This document shows positions 28,652-36,116 of a stretch of 36,116 nt of DNA, piece by piece. Numbering within the stretch: the first letter of the stretch is position 1; each line of letters opens with the position of its first letter. The stretch is taken from the NCBI GenBank assembly GCA_964549815.1, contig CAZJVO010000002.1:1-36116 (forward strand), written 5' to 3'. The notes beneath the pieces were generated by a model, which ran no database searches, was not told the origin of the DNA, and saw only the letters and a list, made by a program, of their open reading frames with translations. Origin of the DNA: an uncultured Dehalococcoidales bacterium. GTDB taxonomy: Bacteria; Chloroflexota; Dehalococcoidia; Dehalococcoidales; UBA5627. Position numbers and translations under genes: made by a program.

Positions 28652-29888
28652 AAGCGAATTGCGCGGGCGGGTTGTCGCCCCCCCATCCAAAAGTTATACC
28701 AGCCGCAGCCTGATGTGTGCTGCACTGGCAAGAGGGAAAAGCCGGATTATCAATCCACTCTTATCCGATGACACGGAAGCCGCCAGTGAAGCGCTGGGGA
28801 AGGTGGGTATCAGAATAGAAAAAAAAGACGGCTACTGGGAGGTATTCGGTGGCCGTTTTCATGCGCCGGAAGGCGATATTTATTGCCGTGAATCCGCGGC
28901 AACCCTGAGATTTATGACAGCTCTATCAGCAATCATCCCCGGGAAATGCCGCCTGGTTCCAGGCCCCTCACTCGCCCGCCGCCCTATCGAGCCACTTATC
29001 ACAGCTATGAATAAATTAAAAATTAAATGCTACATGGAAGGCTCAACAGTGGTGGTTGATGAGGGAAAGTTCTGGGGGGGAAACGTAAGCATGAGAGGAG
29101 ATGTCAGCTCTCAATTTGTTTCTGCGCTGCTGTTTTTATGCCCGGTGGTAGAAGCAGGTTTGAACATCCGCCTGACCACCCCACCCGCATCAGGGCCTTA
29201 TATCGAGATGACACTCGGTTGTATGAAAGAGTTCGGTATAGATATGATTGCTTCTCCCACCCTTCAATTCTTTACCAGCGATTTCAGACCGTATAAAACT
29301 GCTGATTATACAGTTGAAGGGGATTGGTCTTCGGCTTCCTATTTGCTGGCAGCAGGAGCGATGACCGGAAGCATTGCTGTAACCGACCTTAACCTTAATA
29401 GCCTTCAGGCAGACCGGGTTATAGTAAACCTCCTCGGTAAAATGGGAGCGTCAATGCAAACCAAAAGAGATGTTGTTACCGCCAGCCGTTCTAATTTCAA
29501 AGCTCTCAAAGCGGACCTGACCGATTGCATCGACCTCCTGCCAACCATAGCCATGGTAGCAGCGATGGCTGAGGGGCAAAGTCTCTTCTACGGCATCAGG
29601 CGCGCCAGATTCAAAGAATCCAACCGTGTTACCGCCATCAAGGAAGGGCTAAAAAGGATGAACATCCCCGTAGTTGAAAAGGATGATTCTCTTGTCATTA
29701 CCGGGGGAAAGCCGGTTGGCGCCACTATCAACAGCTACGGCGACCACCGCATCGCTATGGCTTTCAGCCTGCTGGGGGCAGCCGTAGGTAACACGACCAT
29801 AGAGGGAGCTGAAAGCGTTTCCAAAACATACCCCCAGTTCTGGCAGACACTTGAAAGCCTCGGCGCAAAGGTAGAATACGATGTCTAG
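28632..29888 (+). CDS. aroA: 3-phosphoshikimate 1-carboxyvinyltransferase (EPSP synthase)
   Basis: 418 aa with [15 protein letters not shown] and DHRIAMAF motifs. Confidence 0.95.
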   Translation: MKVRINKSELRGRVVAPPSKSYTSRSLMCAALARGKSRIINPLLSDDTEAASEALGKVGIRIEKKDGYWEVFGGRFHAPEGDIYCRESAATLRFMTALSAIIPGKCRLVPGPSLARRPIEPLITAMNKLKIKCYMEGSTVVVDEGKFWGGNVSMRGDVSSQFVSALLFLCPVVEAGLNIRLTTPPASGPYIEMTLGCMKEFGIDMIASPTLQFFTSDFRPYKTADYTVEGDWSSASYLLAAGAMTGSIAVTDLNLNSLQADRVIVNLLGKMGASMQTKRDVVTASRSNFKALKADLTDCIDLLPTIAMVAAMAEGQSLFYGIRRARFKESNRVTAIKEGLKRMNIPVVEKDDSLVITGGKPVGATINSYGDHRIAMAFSLLGAAVGNTTIEGAESVSKTYPQFWQTLESLGAKVEYDV

Positions 29889-30969
29889 CAGCCTCGGTAA
29901 GCTATTCACCGTAACCAGCTTCGGTGAAAGCCATGGTAAACTGGTCGGGATTGTTATCGATGGCTGCCCCGCCGGGCTGCCAATAGACGAGGGGATGATC
30001 CAGTGCGAACTGGACAGACGCAAACCGGGTAAAGATGCTTCTTCGACCAGCCGCAATGAGGAAGACAGAGTAGAGGTTCTTTCAGGTGTTTTCAATGGAT
30101 ATACCACAGGCGCCCCGATATGTATGGCAGTCTGGAATAAAGATGCCCGTTCGGATAATTATGATAGAACACAGATATTGAGGCCGGGACACGCCGATTA
30201 CACAGCTTATATCAAATACGGGGGCTTTGCAGACCCCCGTGGCGGCGGTCGTTTTTCCGGGAGGGTTACGGCCGGATTCGTAGCGGCCGGTGCTATTGCC
30301 CGTCAGTTATTATCCATTGTCAAAACCGAGATTATAGCCCATACTATTGAGATAGGTGGAATAGTTGCCAGACCAGTGGATATGGAGTGCATAAGACAAA
30401 ACGCAAACAGAAATCCCCTGCACTGTGCCGATTCCGAAGCCGCATCCAGGATGATGGCCGCCGTAGAAAATGCCAGAGCTGAAGGAGACAGCCTTGGGGG
30501 TGTTATCGAGGGCATTGCTGTCGGGTTGCCAGCAGGACTGGGGGAACCCATTTTTGATAACCTTGATGGTGAAATGTCAAAAGCCCTGTTTGCCATTCCG
30601 GCAGTTAAAGGCGTGGAATTTGGAGCAGGGTTTAATGCCGCTCGATTGAGGGGCTCCGAAAACAATGACCCCTTCGATAATGAGGATGGACGGATAATTA
30701 CCAGAACCAACAGCTGCGGCGGCATACTGGGCGGAATCAGCAATGGGATGCCGCTGGTGGTAAGGGTAGCCATAAAACCGACACCCTCCATAGCTAAGAA
30801 GCAGGACACCATTAATTTGAAAGATATGACTGGAGCCGAACTGGAGATAAAGGGCAGGCACGACGCCTGTATTGTCCCCAGAGCCGTACCGGTTGTGGAA
30901 GCTATGATGTCCATAACATTATGCGATTTTGCACTCAGGGCAGGAATACTGCCGGGGATAATAAAATGA
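29881..30969 (+). CDS. aroC: chorismate synthase
   Basis: FGESHG, RPGHADY and GGGRFSGR signatures. Confidence 0.96.
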   Translation: MSSSLGKLFTVTSFGESHGKLVGIVIDGCPAGLPIDEGMIQCELDRRKPGKDASSTSRNEEDRVEVLSGVFNGYTTGAPICMAVWNKDARSDNYDRTQILRPGHADYTAYIKYGGFADPRGGGRFSGRVTAGFVAAGAIARQLLSIVKTEIIAHTIEIGGIVARPVDMECIRQNANRNPLHCADSEAASRMMAAVENARAEGDSLGGVIEGIAVGLPAGLGEPIFDNLDGEMSKALFAIPAVKGVEFGAGFNAARLRGSENNDPFDNEDGRIITRTNSCGGILGGISNGMPLVVRVAIKPTPSIAKKQDTINLKDMTGAELEIKGRHDACIVPRAVPVVEAMMSITLCDFALRAGILPGIIK

Positions 30970-32033
30970 ATTTAGAAGAAATCAGATTGAAAGTCGACGA
31001 AGTAGATAAAAAAATAGTCGAGCTGATAGCAGAGAGAATCACCCTTGCCGAACAGATAGGCAGGCTGAAAAGACAGGAAGGACGCCAGATCGAGGATAAG
31101 CAGCGGGAAGAGGTAATCCTCGATAAGATAAAAGAGACAGCTGCCCAAAAGGGCTTGAAGCCAGCAGATATCGAACGCATTTACCGACAGATATTTATCG
31201 TTTCCAAAGGTATACAGGGGGCTTCTGTTGCTTTTCAAGGGGAAATCGGCGCCTATAGCGAGGAGGCGGCCATTAACTTCTTCGGAGCAGGTGTACAGGT
31301 CAAACCCTGCGAAACACTGGAGGATGTCTTCAAAGCCGTCGAACAGGGAGAAGTTCAGTTCGGCATTGTTCCCGTCGAAAACTCCATCGAAGGCAGCATC
31401 AGTAAGACATATGACCTGCTGCTGGAATCTCCATTAAAAGTATGCGGAGAAATCGAATTAAGGGTGTCTCATTGTTTAATCGCCAATCCCGGAGTCACAC
31501 TGGATTCGATAAAAAAGATCTATTCGCATCCTCAGGCACTGGGACAATGCCAGGCGTTTATCAAGCATCTTAAGTGCGAGCTGGTGCCCAGTTACGACAC
31601 CGCCGGCAGCGTTAAGATGATTAAAGAAAAGAAAATCATAGATGGTGCTGCCATCGCCAGCCGCCGTGCCGCCACTATATATAATATGAATATCATCAAT
31701 TGCGGCATCGAGGACAATCCCAATAACTTTACACGTTTCTTCGTTCTCTCCAAAGAGGATGCGCCGCCATCGGGGAATGACAAGACCTCGCTGGTGCTCT
31801 CGGTAAGGCACAAACCAGGGGCATTGTTCGAATGTCTGAAACGACTGGCGGAAAAAGACATCAATATGACCAAGCTGGAATCCCGCCCCACTCGCCAGAA
31901 ACCCTGGGTTTATAACTTCTACCTGGATTTCGAGGGACACCGGCTGGATGCCAGAGTGCAGGAGATGCTGAAACAACTCGAAGACTACACGATATTTCTT
32001 AAGGTATTAGGCTCTTACCCTAAAGCCAGATAA
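30966..32033 (+). CDS. pheA: bifunctional chorismate mutase / prephenate dehydratase (P-protein) with C-terminal ACT domain
   Basis: N-terminal AroQ CM helix ([20 protein letters not shown]), PDT domain ([15 protein letters not shown] motif in NNFTRFFVL) and ACT (ESRP). The start is placed at ATG 30966, forming an ATGA overlap with the aroC stop. The ORF-track start at 30921 lies inside aroC. Confidence 0.92.
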   Translation: MNLEEIRLKVDEVDKKIVELIAERITLAEQIGRLKRQEGRQIEDKQREEVILDKIKETAAQKGLKPADIERIYRQIFIVSKGIQGASVAFQGEIGAYSEEAAINFFGAGVQVKPCETLEDVFKAVEQGEVQFGIVPVENSIEGSISKTYDLLLESPLKVCGEIELRVSHCLIANPGVTLDSIKKIYSHPQALGQCQAFIKHLKCELVPSYDTAGSVKMIKEKKIIDGAAIASRRAATIYNMNIINCGIEDNPNNFTRFFVLSKEDAPPSGNDKTSLVLSVRHKPGALFECLKRLAEKDINMTKLESRPTRQKPWVYNFYLDFEGHRLDARVQEMLKQLEDYTIFLKVLGSYPKAR

Positions 32034-32132
32034 AAGAAGAACGATTAACTTTAAAAGCAAAACCGCCTTTATTTCCACTAATATCCTTCGACACGCTCAA
32101 GGCGAGCGGAAATAAATTGCCCTGCTATCGCT

Positions 32133-32242
32133 CAAAGCCGTTCGTACCCTTTCCCGATATATCGGGACTCAGGATGCTCGGATATTATCAAAGCCGCTCG
32201 TGGATGAGTCCCGACAAGTCGGGATCGAACCATAGCGGCGAC
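32133..32242. repeat. mosaic of R3-family palindromic modules
   Basis: caaagccg.tcgt occurs twice. tttcccgatatatcgggactc (32150-32170) faces the inverted gagtcccgacaagtcggga (32207-32225). 32190-32242 is the reverse complement of 2459-2507. Confidence 0.7.
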
Positions 32243-32261
32243 GAATAAAAAGACTTGCGCC

Positions 32262-32304
32262 AAAATCCCTCTCAATCTCCCTTTGCAAAGGGAGAAATGA
32301 CTAT
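32262..32304 (-). repeat. repeat family R2, inverted copy (contains the perfect palindrome tctccctttg/caaagggaga)
   Basis: The reverse complement matches 35598-35642 almost base for base. Confidence 0.85.
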
Positions 32305-32340
32305 CATGTCAGGCTATTTATATATTCCATAAAATTAATA

Positions 32341-32426
32341 CCCTTCGATTACTCTAAAAACCCCTTTACGTTTAAAATTGGACTTATTCTCCCACTTTGT
32401 AAAAGGGGGAATAAGGGGGATTTTAC
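32341..32426 (-). repeat. repeat family R1 (long form), inverted copy
   Basis: The reverse complement aligns with 35477-35565 (aaatcccc..ttcccc..caaagtgg.agaat....ttaaacgtaaag). Stem positions are changed but still pair (cttattc/gaataag versus gattc/gaatc). Confidence 0.75.
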
Positions 32427-32568
32427 ATGCTATGCTCAATAATAATTTTGCAAGCATTTAAAATCGAGCAGAGTAAACATAATTTTTAAGTGCACTAATA
32501 TAAGCCTTTTGAACTGTGTCAGCCCTGAATATGGTATCATTATAAAAAAATCGGGAATAATAAAAACA

Positions 32569-33450
32569 ATGACAAATATAAACAAAGTAGCCATCATCGG
32601 CGGTTCGGGGAAGATGGGACAATGGTTTGCCCGATTGCTTTTGCAGGAAGGCAAAGGCGTAACCATTATCGGCAGGAACAGGGATAAACTGGAAGAAGTA
32701 AAAAACAGGCTGGATGTTGCCGTCAGTACCAAAATCAGTGATATAAAGCTGGCGGATGCCGTGATTATCTCGGTGCCGGTAGATTGCTTCGAAGACATAG
32801 TAAAGCAAATGAGCCCTTACACCTATTTCGGGCAGCTCATTTTCGATATTACATCGGTCAAATCGGTGCCCGTCGAGCTGATGCACCGCTATATTACGAA
32901 CGGACAGATTCTGGGTACACATCCGGTATTCGGTCCCGGCGCTCGCAGCCTTACCAACCAGAACTTCGTGCTGACGCCGACGACGCCGCAGGAGGCAAAA
33001 CTGGCACAGGGGTTAGTGGATTTCCTGCGAAAAAGAGAAGCCAGAGTGCAGGTTATGACACCTGCCGAACACGACAGTATGATGTCGGTTATACTGGGGC
33101 TGGCTCATTTCATCGCTATCGTCTCGGCGGATAGCCTTGCCGGGCTGGAAAAGCTGAAAGAAATGGAATCCATCGGAGGCATCACATATAAAGTGTTGTG
33201 GACACTGGTGGAAAGCGTAATCTCGGAAGACCCCGATTTATATGCTTCGCTCCAGATGAACCTGCCGCAGCTACCGGATTTCCAACAGCAATTCCTTAAA
33301 AATACTGCCGAATGGACAGAGCTTGTGAAGAATAAAGACAGGGAGGAGTTCGTTCGCAGGATGAAAGCCATCCATGACCAGCTGGCAGCCAAAAGTGCCG
33401 ACTTCGGCAAAGCCTACGATAATATGTATAAAATAGCAGAGGGGCTTTAG
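32569..33450 (+). CDS. tyrA: prephenate dehydrogenase
   Basis: Rossmann loop VAIIGGSGKMGQWF, HPVFGP motif and a helical C-terminal domain. The ATG at 32569 (MTNINK) is preferred. The ORF-track start at 32509 adds 20 non-conserved-looking residues, and neither start has a good SD. Confidence 0.88.
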   Translation: MTNINKVAIIGGSGKMGQWFARLLLQEGKGVTIIGRNRDKLEEVKNRLDVAVSTKISDIKLADAVIISVPVDCFEDIVKQMSPYTYFGQLIFDITSVKSVPVELMHRYITNGQILGTHPVFGPGARSLTNQNFVLTPTTPQEAKLAQGLVDFLRKREARVQVMTPAEHDSMMSVILGLAHFIAIVSADSLAGLEKLKEMESIGGITYKVLWTLVESVISEDPDLYASLQMNLPQLPDFQQQFLKNTAEWTELVKNKDREEFVRRMKAIHDQLAAKSADFGKAYDNMYKIAEGL

Positions 33451-33470
33451 AGCCCCTCTCGTTATTATTG
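33438..33470 (+). terminator. hairpin terminator at the end of the aro operon (tyrA stop codon in the loop)
   Basis: agaggggct-ttag-agcccctct is a 9-bp perfect stem followed by cgttattattg. It has U-rich flanks on both strands, so it may act bidirectionally. Confidence 0.55.
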
Positions 33471-33510
33471 TCATGCTGGAAGCCACAAAGGGTGGCTGAA
33501 GCATCCGGGG
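33471..33510 (+). repeat. structured element H, copy C (tcATGCT-GGA-AGCCAC-AAAGG-GTGGCT-GA-AGCATccgggg)
   Basis: Same flanks, outer stem, internal loop and apical loop as the inverted copies at 34030-34068 and 34796-34834. The inner stem is fully swapped but still complementary. Confidence 0.75.
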
Positions 33511-33534
33511 ATGGGTGGCAAACTGTAAAAGAGG

Positions 33535-33771
33535 CTACGCCAGCAGCCTGTCCAGTTCCCCCTGGTCGAACCCGATAACCACCCTATCATCGACAACGAT
33601 TACAGGGACTCCCATCTGTCCGGACTTGCGAACCATCTCCTGCGCTGCAATGCGGTCGACAGCCACATTCACATCCTTATACGCAACGCCCTTCCGGGTA
33701 AGATACTCCTTCGCTCTCACGCAATACGGACAGGTCGGAGTGGAATATACTATTACATTCTTAGCAGTCAT
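33535..33771 (-). CDS. glutaredoxin-like (NrdH/YruB-type) small thioredoxin-fold protein
   Basis: 78 aa with the CPYC active site at residues 14-17 and GVPVIVVDD. AAGGAGGA lies 8 nt upstream of the ATG. Confidence 0.88.
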   Translation of the reverse strand: MTAKNVIVYSTPTCPYCVRAKEYLTRKGVAYKDVNVAVDRIAAQEMVRKSGQMGVPVIVVDDRVVIGFDQGELDRLLA

Positions 33772-33887
33772 TATTTAAATCCTCCTTATCGAATTTATAC
33801 ACATTATTATATATAAGGATGGATACCGATGATAGAACTTTTATCACATTGAGGATTTAGGTAGCTAAAACAGAGAAATAATCGTTG

Positions 33888-33926
33888 CAAATCCCCTTTG
33901 ATTCCCCTTTTCCAAAGCGGAAGAAT
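33888..33926 (+). repeat. repeat family R1 core, copy 2
   Basis: caaatcccctttgattccccttttccaaagcggaagaat differs by one base from 2355-2393. Confidence 0.85.
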
Positions 33927-34014
33927 AAGTTGGGTAAGTTTGCCGTTCTGGAGGGAGTACATTCGCTTCGCTCAGTATAAACTTCACGAACGAAGAATCC
34001 GTGGGATAAGGGAC

Positions 34015-34170
34015 TAGTTACCTTCCCCTCCCAGGATGCTTCATTCGTCCTTCACGAATTCAGCATGACAACTATAGAAATCCTCCCTAAAACAAAAAAC
34101 CCACGGATAATATTAACCACGGGTCTTGTTTTACTTCTCTTGTTGCCAAAAGAACTTCGTTAATATCAAT
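34015..34170. repeat. ~155-bp direct repeat, copy A (contains H element 34030-34068 and terminator-like hairpin 34094-34124)
   Basis: Differs from copy B (34781-34936) at about five positions by my hand alignment. Its right half is also paralogous to the 23S rRNA 3' flank (35686-35770). Confidence 0.9.
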
Positions 34171-34265
34171 CCTGAAACAGAGCGAGTCAAAACTATTCGC
34201 AGAATATGTCATAGGGATAACAATTTCTCTGCTTTATGCTATGATATAGAAGCGGAGGTACAGGA

Positions 34266-34472
34266 ATGAAAACAACTCAATCAAAAGCCGAAATCTATTT
34301 GATGGCTCTGGAATCACTCTCAGCAGCAGACAAAAAGAAGATTATCGCCCACCTACTAGAAGATGAAGAACTGAGGGAAGATATACTGGATGTCGCCCTT
34401 ATCCAGCAGCGAAAGGGAGAACCCGCACGTCCTTTCAACCAGTTTCTGGCAGAAAAAGAAGAGGCTAGGTAG
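34266..34472 (+). CDS. putative antitoxin paired with the RelE/ParE-family toxin
   Basis: 68-aa acidic ORF, GGAGG 7 nt upstream, ending 5 nt before the toxin start. I do not recognise the family from sequence alone. Confidence 0.6.
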   Translation: MKTTQSKAEIYLMALESLSAADKKKIIAHLLEDEELREDILDVALIQQRKGEPARPFNQFLAEKEEAR

Positions 34473-34477
34473 CCAGC

Positions 34478-34732
34478 TTGAGCTACGAAATCCACATTAT
34501 CCCTTCTGCGGAAAAAGAATTTGACAGACTGGGAGGCACAGTCCAAAAACGCATTATTAAAAAGATTTCGTCTCTTGAGGAGAACCCGCGCCCAAAAGGG
34601 GCACACAAGCTCAGCGGGCGCGAGGAATACCGGATAAGGGTCGGAGTCTACCGCATTCTATACATAATCAATGACGAAAATCATGTAATTACCATTGTTG
34701 CCATCGGGCATCGGCGCGAAATATATAATTAG
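34478..34732 (+). CDS. relE: type II toxin, RelE/ParE (RelE/StbE-like) family mRNA interferase
   Basis: 84 aa. The pattern ...ENPRPKGAHKLSGREEYRIRVGVYRILYIINDENHVITIVAIGHRREIY is the characteristic RelE/StbE C-terminal block. TTG start. Confidence 0.85.
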   Translation: MSYEIHIIPSAEKEFDRLGGTVQKRIIKKISSLEENPRPKGAHKLSGREEYRIRVGVYRILYIINDENHVITIVAIGHRREIYN

Positions 34733-34780
34733 GTCTCACTCTACTCCCCCCAAATAATAAACTAAAAATCCGGGGATGAT

Positions 34781-34936
34781 TAATTACCTTCCCCTCCCAG
34801 GATGCTTCATTCGTCCTTCACGAATTCAGCATGACAACTATAGAAATCCTCCCTAAAACAAAAAACCCGCGGATAATATTAACCACGGGTCTTGTTTTAC
34901 TTCTCTTGTTGTCCAAATAACTTCGTTAATATCAAT
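34781..34936. repeat. ~155-bp direct repeat, copy B (contains H element 34796-34834)
   Basis: Near-identical to copy A. It ends exactly at the hicA stop codon (34936-34938). Confidence 0.9.
34855..34890 (-). terminator. rho-independent terminator downstream of hicA (inside repeat copy B)
   Basis: The minus strand reads acccgtgg-ttaatattat-ccgcgggt followed by ttttttgtttt. Confidence 0.7.
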
Positions 34937-35163
34937 TACTGTAATAGCTTGATAAAATCTTTCTTTTCTACCTCGACATCCTTCAAGATTTTCATCAATA
35001 ATCCCTTCCCTACCGCTTCCCCTTTATGAACAGGGACTACAGTTGCCCGTCCGTCCGGATGTTTAAGGTAAATATGACTACCTTTTTGCCTGAATATCTG
35101 GAAACCCAGTTTACTCAAAGCCTTTATAATCTGTTCGCCTTCCAGAGACGGTAACTTCGTCAT
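34936..35163 (-). CDS. hicA: HicA-family toxin (YcfA-like mRNA interferase)
   Basis: 75 aa. LSKLGFQIFRQKGSHIYLKHPDGRATVVPVHKGEAVGKGLLMKILKD is the canonical HicA dsRBD-like pattern. ATGA overlap with the upstream hicB. Confidence 0.88.
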   Translation of the reverse strand: MTKLPSLEGEQIIKALSKLGFQIFRQKGSHIYLKHPDGRATVVPVHKGEAVGKGLLMKILKDVEVEKKDFIKLLQ

Positions 35164-35372
35164 ACCGCTATTCTCTGTACTCCTATAAATTGTAACTCCC
35201 CGCCTTCAACTTCACCCTCCACTTCCAGGCACAGTGAAACAACCTCTTTCATGCGTTCCATCAGTTCATCAAGAGACTTAGCTTGCGTATGACACCCTTT
35301 TAACTGAGGAACAGTGCCGATAAAATATCCATCCTCGTCCTTTTCGATAATGACTGTAAAATCCCTCTTCAC
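35160..35372 (-). CDS. hicB: HicB-like antitoxin (UPF0150 fold, short form without an obvious DNA-binding domain)
   Basis: 70 aa. FTVIIEKDEDGYFIGTVPQLKGCHTQAKSLDELMERMKEV matches the HicB N-terminal domain. GTG start 7 nt after GGAGG. The antitoxin-first order is reversed relative to classic hicAB. Confidence 0.82.
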   Translation of the reverse strand: MKRDFTVIIEKDEDGYFIGTVPQLKGCHTQAKSLDELMERMKEVVSLCLEVEGEVEGGELQFIGVQRIAV

Positions 35373-35414
35373 ACACCACCTCCAGATATTAAAGTTATTC
35401 CTTATATATGAGTA

Positions 35415-35443
35415 AGTCTATCTTAGTACAAACACTTTTTCAA
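35415..35443 (-). promoter_or_regulatory. candidate hicBA promoter
   Basis: The minus strand reads TTGAAA (35443-35438), a 17-nt spacer, then TAGACT (35420-35415). Motif only. Confidence 0.35.
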
Positions 35444-35476
35444 CCGTTTATTCAAAAACAGTTATAAATATTCACA

Positions 35477-35565
35477 CAAATCCCCTTTGATTCCCCTTTC
35501 CCAAAGTGGAAGAATCCGTCATGTATTAAACGTAAAGAAGACTATCAAATTATTCGCAAGGCAAT
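35477..35565 (+). repeat. repeat family R1 (long form), copy 3
   Basis: The core is identical in pattern to 2355-2393 and 33888-33926. The extension (..attaaacgtaaag..) matches inverted 32341-32383. Confidence 0.8.
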
Positions 35566-35597
35566 TGCCTTTCATAATAAATAACCAGACCAAACAT

Positions 35598-35642
35598 CAT
35601 AGTCATTTCTCCCTTTGACAAAGGGAGATTGAGAGGGATTTT
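35598..35642 (+). repeat. repeat family R2, direct copy
   Basis: catagtcatttctccctttgacaaagggagattgagagggatttt is the reverse complement of 32262-32304, with a 1-nt insertion in the palindrome centre. Confidence 0.85.
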
Positions 35643-35692
35643 AGCTATAAATCGACTATGACTCACATAAAAAGTGAATTTCCCCGAAAACC

Positions 35693-35723
35693 AAAAAACC
35701 CACGGACAAATGTACCTATGGGT
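35693..35723 (-). terminator. rho-independent terminator ~55 nt downstream of the 23S rRNA 3' end (repeat copy C, 35686-35770)
   Basis: The minus strand reads acccatagg-tacatttgt-ccgtgggt followed by tttttt. It is paralogous to the hairpins in copies A and B. Confidence 0.7.
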
Positions 35724-35776
35724 CTTGTTTTACTTCTCTTGTTGTCAAAAGAACTTAGCTAATATCAACTCTGAAG

Positions 35777-36116
<340 letters not shown>

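Noticed and set aside
30921-30965. 15-codon upstream extension of the pheA ORF ([15 protein letters not shown])
   Set aside because: It lies entirely inside aroC. The ATG at 30966 gives an ATGA stop/start overlap and the expected chorismate-mutase helix start.
32215-32235. tRNA-like T-arm string (reverse complement ggttcgatccc)
   Set aside because: The flanking bases do not form a T-stem, acceptor stem or anticodon arm. The string is part of the R3 palindromic repeat, and the sister copy at 2468-2476 lacks it.
33515-33778. 87-aa + strand ORF antisense to the glutaredoxin-like gene, and the 34295..34606 minus-strand ORF antisense to the RelE-type pair
   Set aside because: These are shadow frames of genes with clear motifs (CPYC, and the RelE C-terminal block). 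They have no SD and an implausible composition.
32040-35660. Possible CRISPR array suggested by the many short repeats
   Set aside because: The repeats belong to several different families, occur in both orientations, are irregularly spaced (tens to thousands of nt) and are interleaved with genes. There is no regular repeat-spacer periodicity and no cas genes.

Overview
This window looks like a core chromosomal segment of a Chloroflexi or Dehalococcoidia-like bacterium; the taxonomic call is inferred from gene order only. From left to right it contains the following. (1) The 3' part of a phosphohexomutase gene and a phosphoglucose/phosphomannose isomerase gene on the + strand. (2) A ~1.1 kb AT-rich islet (about 2521-3640) with three small minus-strand genes: a CAP/SCP-domain exported protein, a 49-aa C2HC zinc-finger microprotein and a 44-aa tandem-repeat cationic peptide. 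The last two are too short for the ORF track. (3) An uninterrupted ~20 kb minus-strand ribosomal super-cluster running rpsL-rpsG-fusA, then the S10, spc and alpha blocks, then truA-rplM-rpsI. It has no tuf gene, and rpmJ was found by hand. (4) A divergently transcribed + strand aromatic amino-acid operon with all seven shikimate steps in pathway order, followed by pheA and tyrA. It is preceded by a near-consensus promoter, a 26-codon Tyr/Phe/Trp-rich leader ORF and an intrinsic terminator, which together read as a trp-style attenuator. (5) A glutaredoxin-like gene, a RelE/ParE-type pair and a HicB-HicA pair, embedded in several families of structured intergenic repeats. These include ~155-bp near-identical direct repeats that are paralogous to the terminator flank of (6) a 23S rRNA gene. 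Its 3' end enters at the right edge on the minus strand, with no 5S gene after it. No CRISPR array, tRNA, transposase or integrase was seen.
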